Below, piece after piece: positions 12,227 through 21,856 of a DNA stretch of 32,000 nucleotides. Under the pieces are notes generated by a model that was not told the origin of the DNA, searched no databases, and was given only the letters and a program-made list of their open reading frames with translations. This DNA comes from Candidatus Saccharimonadota bacterium (GTDB lineage Bacteria; Patescibacteriota; Gracilibacteria; BD1-5; UBA6164): assembly GCA_963677765.1 (NCBI GenBank), contig OY782392.1, positions 570,001 through 602,000 of the forward strand, given 5' to 3'. Position 1 is the first letter of the stretch; each line of letters begins with the position of its first letter. The position numbers were made by a program, and so were the translations under genes.

Positions 12227-14452
12227 TTAATAATCGTAATAATAATCATCGTAATAATAATAATTATTTTCTTTTATTCAAAAAGCTTCTTTATAATCTA
12301 TAAAATTAGAAGGTTCTTTTATTTTTTCTTTATTTTCAATAGTTTTAGAATTGTTTTCTATTTCTATATTAAGCATTTTAGAATTTCATTTTAATATTTC
12401 AAATAATACTGATATCTTGTTTATATTATCTGTTTTATAAAAATCTATATTAAAATTAGCATCGATTTTATTATTTTTTCCTTCTATATTTGATCAGCTT
12501 AATATTGCTAAATTATCTGATAATTTTTCTGACAATGATATATTATTGTTTAATTTTAGATGGTTTTTAGAAAAATCTCCACTTGTTGTAATTTCTATAT
12601 CTTTTTCTTTATTTTTTCAGAAAATATCTAGCTTAGAGTTTATTTTTTTATTTACTATTTTGAAATCAAGATCATATACTTTAGAGAAATCGTCATCATA
12701 TATATATTCCCATGTACTATAATCATAACTTCATTTTTTTATTTCTAAACTAGATTCCAAATTCATATTATTTAACATGAATTGATTATCTAAACTAGCA
12801 TTAGATTTTAGTATAAAGTTACTATAATCATCTTTGTAAATAACATCTAAAGATAAATTCTTTTTGTCTAAATATATATTTCATAACAAGTTTTCTTTAG
12901 AACTTTCTATTTCTTTATTTGAAAAATCTATTTTTAAACTATTAAAACTATTATTGTAATCCGTAGTTCAATTTATATCTCAAGAAAATATATATTTATC
13001 ACCATATTCCCATGTATCATAATTATATCATTTTTGAACAAAGTAAAAGCTTCATTCAATTTTTTTATTTTCTAATTTTAATTTAGCATAATTTTTATCT
13101 ACTGAAAAATTAAAATCAATATTAGAAAACTTATTATTATCATCTAGTTTAGAATTAAATATAAGTATTCAGTTATCATATTCATTTATTTCTAAATTAA
13201 GTTTTTCATTTGCTATATAATCAAGACTAATATCTCAATAATAATCTTTATAAGAATAATTAAATTTTAGTATTTTAGAATTATTAAAACTAAGTTCTCA
13301 TTTATTATATACAAAATTATCAGATTTTCATTCAAATCATATACTTGTAGAATTGTTTTCTATTATCATATAGAATTCTCAGTTTTCACTTAAATCACTA
13401 AGTAAATCTTCATATTGAGAGTTACTACATTCTTTTCAATTAAATGGATCAAATTTATTTGATATTTCTTTTAGAGTATCACAAGCATATTTACTAGGCT
13501 TTACATAATATTTATTTCATGATTTTTTATATGCTTCTAGCATAGGTTTATTAAGATATCTGTTTATATCACTTTTTATATTATCTATTTCTAGATTGTT
13601 TAATAGATTCATTACTTCTTGAGATTCCTCATCACTATATTTTATGTATTTATTTTCTTTTGCCAATTCTTTTAATTTATCTATGTATTCTTCATAATAC
13701 TCTAGGTCTTCATTTGATATTAAATCTAATTCTTTTAACATTATATATATTTCTCAATCTTTAGAAATCATATCCAATATAGTTTCAAGTTTGAAATTTA
13801 TATCTTCTCAGTCTATATTTCAATTTATTTTAGTTGAAATATCTCATTTTATACTAGAATCAAAATTATAATTTTTTGCTTCATAGTTATTAAATCAGAA
13901 ATCAAAATCTAAGTTTCATAATTCTTCTTGATTGAAGCTTCATTTTATATTAAAATTACCTGTTTCTTTTATGTTGTTAGTTTTTTCAAACTCTGATACC
14001 AATTTATCTATAAAATCATTGCTAGAGTTGGCTATATTGTTTTGTAATTTTAATATTTCAGAGTTAACTATTTCTTTGTCTTCTACTGTTATATTTGATT
14101 CAAATATTTCAGCAGTTTTTGATTCTTCTAATGCTAATAAAGCAATATTAACTTTTGAATATAAATATATAAGTGTATTTTTTATTTCATTATTATTTAT
14201 TTCATCTATATTAATTTTTTCTAAATTATTTTTTACAGTTTTTAATTTAGAATAATTGTCTTTTAGTCAATCTATTAATGAATCGATAGTTTTTATATAT
14301 TTTTTTCATTTGATTGATTTATTTAATTCTCATTTAGAAATTATAATTTCTTTAGTATAAGAATTTTTTTCGTCATAAGCATATATATTAGAAAAAGATA
14401 GTATATTTATACTAAAAATAAAAACCAATATATAGCTAACAATTTTTTTCAT
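12227..14452 (-). CDS. Secreted hypothetical repeat protein (741 aa) with a Tyr/Asp-rich C-terminal tail
   Basis: The reverse-strand ATG is at 14452-14450 and the TAA at 12229-12227, giving 2226 nt (742 codons including stop). The N-terminus MKKIVSYILVFIFSINILSFSNIYAYDEK looks like a signal peptide. Two ~100-aa modules share Y-(D/S)-T-W-E-Y, seen on the + strand as tattcccatgta near 12705 and 13005. The protein ends ...ENNYYYYDDYYYDY. The standard-code ORF 13517..13741 (-) is an in-frame fragment of it. Confidence 0.7.
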
Positions 14453-14484
14453 AAAAAAAGGGGTTATAAATATATTATACCCCC
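14453..14484 (-). terminator. GC-clamped hairpin plus U-tract between the Wzy_C-like gene and the 741-aa gene
   Basis: On the minus strand the element reads GGGG(G)TATAA-TATAT-TTATA(A)CCCC followed by TTTTTTT and then directly the ATG. It has a 9-bp stem with one bulge and the only G/C cluster in the spacer. Confidence 0.55.
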
Positions 14485-14489
14485 TTATT

Positions 14490-15734
14490 TTATTTTTTTG
14501 CTATCAATAATCAAATCAAAAGAAATGTTAGTATTGACAAATATGTTGTTTCAAATGTATGTAAAAATATATTCATAACTATTATTGCTGATAATACTCA
14601 AAAATATATTTTAGAAACTCAATATAATCTTACTAATGTAATTCACAAAATTGATAAAAATGTTATGAAGAATATTATTCATCATTCTGTTAATACTTGT
14701 ATAAACCAACTTTCAGGAATATAGTATTGTTCATCTTCTTTTGTTAATTTTTCAGGATAGATATTTCTATAAGCAGGTCATGATTCAGCTAGTCATGCTC
14801 ATAGTGGTTTTTCTTTGAATCTATCTATTCAAATTTCCATTCTATCAAAATGTCATGTTGTAGATGATGTTCTAAATATTATATTTTTTAACTGATCTTG
14901 AAAAATAAAACTAAATGCTCATATTGTTATTATAAAAAATATTGATATATGAATTAAATATTTTTTTAATTTTCTATATATAAATTTGAAATTTAATAAT
15001 ATAAGTATTCATACTGAAGTTCATATTCATAAAATAGCACTTCTAGAATAAGTTAATACAACTAACCATAGAAAAAATAACATAGTAGCTACAACATAAA
15101 ACTCCCATTTTTTCTTTTGTAAGTATAAAAAAGTTCAAGAGAATAGTATCAAAAAGTATGCCATTGCACTTGGACCATCAAATATTCACTGAAACCTTCT
15201 TATTCAAGAGTTTTCTAATCAATGGTATATAGGAACTCATCATTGATACACCCAGTTACTTATGTAGTCAATATATCAAAACTCCATTAAAAACTCTTCT
15301 TTTAATCTAAATTTAATTAAAAAACTAAACAATAAAGCTCCAGCTCATGAATATAGGAAAGTTTTAATTATATCTATTGTTTTTATTTTTAGAAATTGTT
15401 CTCAGTGTTTATATATCAATAAAACAATTAGGAACATAAAATCATATCTTCAACCATATATTATACTGTTTAATCATAATCAATTATATATGGTTATTCA
15501 TACTCAATATATTATATAGAAAAATACTAGATAATCTAAAATTTCGAACTTTGGAAATTTTTTAGCTTTGATGAATTCATAAATTAAACTGAAAAAAATT
15601 ATTACTAATAATCATTCTTTAAATATAAATCATATTTTATCTATTCAAGTTAGGTGATTTAGATATACTGATAAAAAAACATAAAAAGGTAAAACTATTA
15701 CTGCAAACCTTGTAAGTATAGTAAATAAGTTCAT
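14490..15734 (-). CDS. O-antigen ligase / Wzy_C-family polytopic membrane protein (414 aa); possible O-oligosaccharyltransferase or surface-polymer ligase
   Basis: The reverse-strand ATG is at 15734-15732 and the TAA at 14492-14490, giving 1245 nt. The translation has many hydrophobic helices plus the family hallmarks ...RRFQGIFDGPSAMAYFL..., ...LTYSRSAILG..., ...TTGHFDRMEIGIDRFKEKPLGAGLAESGPAY... and ...IPESWFIQVLTEGGI.... Confidence 0.75.
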
Positions 15735-15775
15735 TATTATTTAAAAATAAATTAAAATATAAATTAATAATAAAT

Positions 15776-15808
15776 AAAACAATAAAAAAGTAAATTTTTT
15801 ATTGTTTT
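15776..15808 (-). terminator. AT-rich hairpin overlapping the GT4 stop codon (putative terminator)
   Basis: A 14-bp perfect stem aaaacaataaaaaa / ttttttattgtttt has a 5-nt loop. The stem contains only one G:C pair, so its stability is modest. Confidence 0.45.
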
Positions 15809-16929
15809 ATTATGTTTTTTATAAAATTTATATGATTTTCTTCATCAAATTTTTCTGCTTGTTTTATACAGTATTCTTTTTTATACAATCAATTTATATT
15901 ATTCGAATGAAATATTTTGAATTTTTCTATAAAATCTTTTCATTCTTTATCTTCAAAAAAGTATCAAGTTTTTCATGAGATAACAGTTTCTTTTAGTCAT
16001 CATCAATTATATGCAAATACAGGTTTTCAAGCAGCCATTACTTCTATAGGAACTATTCAAAAATCTTCTTCTCAAGGAAAAACTAGTCATAGAGAACTTT
16101 GTACTAAAGATACTAATTCATCATCATATTTTGCTCATAAAAATTCAATATTTTTATTTTTTACTAATTTTTTTAGTTCTGCTTCATAATCTCATTTTCA
16201 TATTATTAATAATTTTTCATTTAGATGATTAAATCAATTAATGGCAATATCAATTTTTTTGAATTCTGTTAATGCAGATATTATAATATAATAATTTCAG
16301 TATTTATTTTCTTTTTTTATTTCTTTTTGAAATCTTTTAATTTCTACAGGTGGGTATAATAATTCTGAGTCTTTTCTATAGTATTTTTTTATTCTGGATC
16401 TAGTATTATTACTATTAGCTAAACTTGTATCCACTCTATTACTTGCAATATAATCCCATTTTCTATTTTCAAATAAAATTTTATTTATAATAGGTTTTAG
16501 AATATATTTTTTAAATCAATTATTTAATCATAGATCATTTTTATATTCATTAGTCCAGTCCCATAGATATCTAGCTGGTGAATGGTAGTAGACAATAAAC
16601 TTTGTTTCTGGTTTTGTTATTGCTCAGTGTGCAAATCATGAACTAGAGCATAATACAATATCATATTTTGAAAAATCAAGACTTTCTACACTTTTTGACA
16701 TAAATGGAAGACAAAATCTTTGTTTTTTAGTTAGTTTATATATTTTTTGAGTTTTTAAATTAAATACTTGTTTGTCTATTTTTTCTCTTTTAAATATTTT
16801 TCCTACTTTTTCTTCATCATATATCAATGTAAATAAGTCAGTATCAGGGAAAGCTTTTAACCAGTTTTCTACTACTTTTTCTGCTCATCATAGTTTTATA
16901 AGCATTTCATGTAATATAGCTATTTTCAT
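15799..16929 (-). CDS. Glycosyltransferase family 4 (GT-B fold, 376 aa)
   Basis: The reverse-strand ATG is at 16929-16927 and the TAA at 15801-15799, giving 1131 nt. The N-terminus MKIAILHEMLIKLGGAEKVVENW is typical of GT4. The C-terminal E-x7-E region reads [33 protein letters not shown], with several Gly residues TGA-encoded. The standard-code ORF 16636..16827 (-) is an in-frame fragment. Confidence 0.85.
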
Positions 16930-16986
16930 CTTTTTCTCTTTATTATATTTTTTAATGTTTTTTAAATAATAATTATTTTTTGAAAA

Positions 16987-17013
16987 AAATGAATTTTTTG
17001 TTAAAATTCATTT
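16987..17013. promoter_or_regulatory. Perfect 11-bp inverted repeat in the divergent GT4/pilin intergenic region
   Basis: The repeat aaatgaatttt-ttgtt-aaaattcattt ends 23 nt upstream of the first pilin ATG at 17037. Confidence 0.35.
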
Positions 17014-17036
17014 AAACTAGTATTTAAATAAATTTT

Positions 17037-17459
17037 ATGAAAAAACTTATTAATTATTTTTTTATAACTATATTGTTACTTTTTTCTTTCTCTTTTGTTA
17101 ATATAACACATGCAGAGATAAGAGATTGATGTGAAACTTGAGGATGCTTGGATGAACCAAATTTTGAAATAAATGTATGAAGTATTACTCCAGGTATTGT
17201 TTCTCCTTCAAATGCACAAAGTTTAGAGCAAAGAGCTAATTGGATTTTATGAACTATTATACAAAATCTAATGGTAGCACTATGAGTTCTTTCTGTTTTA
17301 ATAATGACTATTTGAGCTTGATATATTATATTAAATAATTGACAAGATGAATTATTAAGTAAATGAAAATCTATTTTTATGGCATGAATATATGCTATGG
17401 TTATAGCTTTAACTTCTTATTACTTAATAGCAATAGTTAGATATATGTTATATGCTTAA
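17037..17459 (+). CDS. VirB2/TrbC-like T4SS-pilin-family protein, paralog 1 (140 aa)
   Basis: The translation is MKKLINYFFITILLLFSFSFVNITHAEIRDGCETGGC...ANWILGTIIQNLMVALGVLSVLIMTIGAGYIILNNGQDELLSKGKSIFMAGIYAMVIALTSYYLIAIV. The architecture is a signal peptide, a Cys pair, TM1, a short charged loop and TM2. The ATG is at 17037 and the TAA at 17457-17459. Confidence 0.65.
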
Positions 17460-17469
17460 AAAAATAATT

Positions 17470-17856
17470 ATGTTTAGTAAAATATCCTTAGTAATATTAT
17501 CTTATTTTTTATTGTTTAATAGTTCAGTATTTGCTTCGTCAGCTCCAACTGTTAATTGTGCTTGACTTCCATGATGTAAGGATAATTCTATAGTAAATCC
17601 TTCATCGGCATCACAATTAAACAATAATATTTGATTGAGCTTTATTGATAGTATAGTATCAAACTTGATACAATTTGTTGCTGTATTTGCTGTATTTGCA
17701 CTAATAATTAGTTGATTTATGTATTTACTTTCTTCATGAGATGAGGAGAAAACAAAAAAAGCAAAAAAATGGATTATTTGGTCTTTGGTTGCAGTTTTAT
17801 TATCTATTTCAGCATGGTCAATAATAAACTACTTAAATAGTATTCAAATTTGATAA
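17470..17856 (+). CDS. VirB2/TrbC-like T4SS-pilin-family protein, paralog 2 (128 aa)
   Basis: The translation is MFSKISLVILSYFLLFNSSVFASSAPTVNCAGLPGC...LIQFVAVFAVFALIISGFMYLLSSGDEEKTKKAKKWIIWSLVAVLLSISAWSIINYL. The loop S-S-G-D-x-x-K-x-K-K-A-K between two TM helices is the signature I recognise from CPR and Gram-positive T4SS pilins. Confidence 0.7.
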
Positions 17857-17873
17857 AATTTAATAAAATAAAA

Positions 17874-18260
17874 ATGAAAAAAATATATTATATAATTTTA
17901 TTTCTTGTATTTACTTGAAATAATTATGTTTTTTGAAACAACACTGATGGAAGTATTAATATCAAAGATAAATTGATAAATTCTACTAATTCTAATTTTG
18001 CTTGATGAAAGTTAAATGATGATAATTGATTATTATCATTATGAGCATTATTTGCTTGGTTAAAAACTGAGCTTATGGCAATTGTTTCAGTTGTAGCTAT
18101 AGCTATATTTATTTATATAGGTATTAAAATGGCTACTGCTAGATGAAATCCAGAAGAATTCAAGAAAGCTTGGCTTCATTTTGTTTATGCTATAATATGA
18201 ATATTTGTTGTTTTCATGGCTTATTGAGCTGTTACTCTTATTTCAAACTTAAATTTATAA
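17874..18260 (+). CDS. VirB2/TrbC-like T4SS-pilin-family protein, paralog 3 (128 aa)
   Basis: The translation is MKKIYYIILFLVFTGNNYVFG...LMAIVSVVAIAIFIYIGIKMATARGNPEEFKKAWLHFVYAIIGIFVVFMAYGAVTLI. It has the same signal/TM/charged-loop/TM topology but no Cys pair. Confidence 0.6.
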
Positions 18261-18269
18261 TAAAATATA

Positions 18270-18674
18270 ATGAAAAAAATAATTTTAATATTTGTTTTAA
18301 TTTTTTCTTTATTTATATCAGTTAATGTATATTGATCTTGTAGTTATAATGAATGATCATCTATATCTTCAAATCTTAATGATTGTTTATCTTGAACTAA
18401 ACTTGTTAATATTACTGATTGAAATGCTAAAATTTCTGATTGATTCTGAAATTATATAAAAAAATGGACAAATAATATAGCTTTATATTTGTGAGTATTT
18501 GCTGTTTTTGCGATAGTATTTGGTTCTATTATGCTTACTATTAGTGCTTGAGAAGATGAAAAAATAAGTAAAGCAAAAAATATAATAAAGTGGTGAATTT
18601 TAGGTTTTTTAGCTGTAATATCTGCTTCTTTTATTATAAATCTAATAATTAGAATAGTTTATAATTTATGATAA
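18270..18674 (+). CDS. VirB2/TrbC-like T4SS-pilin-family protein, paralog 4 (134 aa)
   Basis: The translation is MKKIILIFVLIFSLFISVNVYGSCSYNEGSSISSNLNDC...IALYLGVFAVFAIVFGSIMLTISAGEDEKISKAKNIIKWGILGFLAVISASFIINLI. The TAA at 18672-18674 overlaps the next ATG as TAATG. Confidence 0.65.
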
Positions 18675-19558
18675 TGTTTAAAAAAAATAAAATATTTTTA
18701 TTTATATTTTTAACAGTTTTTTTTAGTTTTTTGGTTTTTATAACAAAAAACTATTTTTTTTGATGATTTAATAATTATGAAATAGAATATATTGAACAAA
18801 ATTATATTGATCCAACTATTATAAATGATTTAAATAATGAAAAAATAATAGATGCTAGTTTTGTAGATTTAGATAAAAAAATAGAAGAAAAAATTTTATC
18901 TAATTTAAATTCAGCATCTAAAATAGATTATTCATTTATTCCTCAGTCTTTTTTAGATGAAGAAAAAGCATTTCATCATTATGAAAATTATGATTTATTT
19001 TTAAATCTAGATAACTTTTATTCAAGTATAAAAAATCTAGATGTGATTTTTTATAAAAATAAATGAGTTGTTAGGTGAAATATGAAAAATAAAACTATTA
19101 GACTTTACTGATTAAATGAACTTTCTTATTGAGAGGTTTTATCAGTTTGAATACATGAATTCTCTCATTATTTGGATTTATATATTTTAGACAATAGTAA
19201 ATGAACAGATATTAGTAATGATTTTTATAATATATCTTGGGAGTCAACAAAAGTTTTAAAGGCTTGACTTAGTCAAGTTGATTTTGTTTCATGATATTCT
19301 ATGACAAATAAATATGAAGATTTTGCAGAAAGTTTTACCTATTATGTTTTACATAATGATGACTTTTATACTAAAGCTAAGAAATCAGATTTTTTAATGG
19401 ATAAATATAACTTTTTTAAAAATAATATTTTTAAAAATTGAGAATTTATTACAAATGATTTTAAAAAAACATCTAAAATAGAGGATTATTATCGGGATGT
19501 AACAAAAATAGATTTTTATTTAGAAAATTTTTTGCAGTATTTAAAAAAATGAATATAA
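18674..19558 (+). CDS. Membrane-anchored HExxH zinc metallopeptidase-like protein (294 aa)
   Basis: The ATG at 18674 overlaps the pilin-4 stop. The N-terminal TM segment is MFKKNKIFLFIFLTVFFSFLVFI. The motif SVGIHEFSHYLD (HExxH) is followed ~50 aa later by NKYEDFAESFTYYV. This recalls the HEFGH...EFFAEAF arrangement of anthrax lethal-factor-like (M34-type) zincins. The TAA is at 19556-19558. Confidence 0.6.
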
Positions 19559-19825
19559 TCAGCTCACCAAAACAAAAGTAACTTTCTTTTTTATAGGAAA
19601 AAGTGCTTTTATCTATAAAAATAGTTCAAAAGTAATCAAACATTATCACGTTTATATTTTGCCCATTTTAAAAACGGGTAATTATTTTATTGCCTAAAAT
19701 AGATATTATTAATTTTTTCTATTATTTTAATTAAGCTAGGTATTTTATCAATATATAAAATTGTTTGTAAAACTATTTAAATTATTTTTATATGATATAT
19801 TTATAATATATAATTTAATTTTTAA

Positions 19826-21787
19826 ATGAAAGACTTTTTAGACGAATTAGATCAAGAAATTGATTCTCTTCAAAATATCAATCCAAATGACGACATAATA
19901 GATAAACATATAGTTTTAAATGAATGATTAGATTGAACAACAGAAAATATTGAAGATTCAAAAAAAAATATTAATAAAAATAAAAAAGTTATTAATACAA
20001 AAAAACAAAAAAATAAAAATGATGAGTCAAAAGAAATAAGATGAAAGTTTATATCTAAATTTCCTGAAACAAAATTTTATTTACCAGCTTTAAGAGAAGG
20101 TTATACTAGATTTATACCTATTGGTTGAAATAATGAAACTTGAGCAAAAAATATGTGAATGGTTCAATATTGAGATGATATAGTTTTAATAGATTGTTGA
20201 GTTCAATTTGCTGATGCAGATATGTTATGAGTTAACTACTCTATACCTGATGTTTCTTTTTTAACTAAATATAAAAAAAATATAAAAGGTTTCTTAATAA
20301 CTCATGCTCATTTAGATCATATATGATCTTTAAAACATGTTTACCCAGCATTGGGTTGTCCTCCTTTATATGGTACTAGGTTTACTTTAGGTTTAGTAAG
20401 AAAACAACTTGAAGAAGCTTGAGTATTGAGTCATGCTACTTTAATTGAAGTAGATGCTTGAAGTAAAGAAATGATTAAAATAGGTCAATTTAAAGTTGAA
20501 TTTTTTAGAGTAAATCATTCTGTACCTGATTGTGCTTGAGTATATATAGAATCTCCTTGAGCAACAAAAATTGTTCATACTTGAGATTTTAAAATAGATT
20601 TTACTCCTGCTATAGATGAACCTGCAGATTTAGATAGAATTAGTGAGATTTGAGAAAGATGAATATCTTTACTTATGTCAGATTCTACTGGTTCTATAAG
20701 AAAAGGTTTTTCTATGAGTGAAAAAAATGTATGAGAAGAATTAGAAAAAATTGTTTCAAATCATCATAAAGGTAGATTGATTATTGCAACATTTTCATCT
20801 TGGATATCTAGAGTTCAACAATTAATAAATATTGCTGAAAAATATGATAAAACTATATTTTTAAGTGGTAGATCTATGGTTGAAAATGTAGCTATAGCAA
20901 AAGAACTAGGTTATTTAAATATAAAACCTGGTATTGTTAGAAAAATGACTCCTAAAAATACCGACTGAGTATTACCTCACAAACAAATTATAATAACTAC
21001 ATGAAGTCAATGAGAACAATTTTCAGCACTAGCTAGAATGAGTGAAGGAAAACATAATTCTGTAGAAATAATTAAATGAGATACTGTAGTTTTTTCTTCT
21101 TCTGTAGTTCCTGGTAACGAAAAATCAGTTATTTGAATAATAAATAAATTAATTAGACTTTGAGCTAATGTAATAACAAAAGATGATTGAGAAGTTCATA
21201 CATGATGACATGCTTTTCAAGAAGAACAAAAAATAATGATAAATCTTATCAAGGCTAAATATTTTATGCCAGTATTTTGAGATTTATATTTTAGACACTT
21301 ACATAAAAATACTGCCATATGATTATGAATGAAAGAAAATAATGTTTTAATGTTAGATAATTGAAATATTGTTGATTTTGCTCCAAATAATTGAAATGTA
21401 TTTAAGTCAAAAATAAAAGTTCCTATTCAAGAAATAATTATTGATGGTAACTGAATGTGACTTGCTACTAGTCATGTTATCAAAGCTAGAGAAAAAATGA
21501 TGAATTCTTGAGTTTTAGTTCTTATGTTTAAAGTTGATAAAAAAACAAAAGCAATTTTATGACATATAAAACTTGAAACAAGAGGTCTTGTTTATCTAGA
21601 TGAAGTAAGGTATGTACATAGATTGATAATAAAAAAATCAAGAGAGATATATGAAAATACTATAAAAGATGTTCCAGATATGGAAGAAAAAGACTTATTG
21701 AAAATTCTAAAAACTGATTTAGAAAAATTCTTATTACAAAAAATAGATAGAGAACCAATGATTATTCCAATGATAACAGAAGTTTAA
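19826..21787 (+). CDS. rnj: Ribonuclease J (metallo-beta-lactamase / beta-CASP RNase, 653 aa) with a Lys/Asn-rich N-terminal extension
   Basis: The translation contains ITHAHLDHIG (20303-20326), FRVNHSVPDCAGVYIESPGATKIVHTGDFKIDFTP, LMSDSTGS and HTGGHAFQEEQK. The standard-code ORF 20777..20968 is an in-frame fragment. The TAA at 21785-21787 is followed by a strong terminator. Confidence 0.9.
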
Positions 21788-21800
21788 AAAACTATTTTAC

Positions 21801-21837
21801 AAAAGACAAAAACTACTTATTATGTTTTTGTCTTTTT
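21801..21837 (+). terminator. Rho-independent terminator after rnj
   Basis: A 13-bp perfect stem aaaagacaaaaac / gtttttgtctttt has a 10-nt loop and a trailing T-run. Confidence 0.8.
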
Positions 21838-21856
21838 ATTATATAAATTAGTTATA

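Noticed and set aside
13932-14255. Standard-code plus-strand ORF of 107 aa. The same applies to 15917..16189 (+), 16772..16969 (+) and 18143..18325 (+).
   Set aside because: The first three are antisense to long code-25 genes that have recognisable products or signal peptides. 18143..18325 is an out-of-frame ORF spanning the pilin 3/4 boundary on the same strand. All have low-complexity Phe/Ser/Leu/Ile-rich translations typical of wrong-frame or antisense reading of AT-rich coding DNA.
19500-19670. A minus-strand ~56-aa ORF under code 25 (MFDYFGTIFIDKSTFSYKKESYFCFGELIIF...) starting near 19665
   Set aside because: It overlaps the 3' end of the metallopeptidase gene in antisense, has no signal or motif, and is short enough to be expected by chance in AT-rich sequence.
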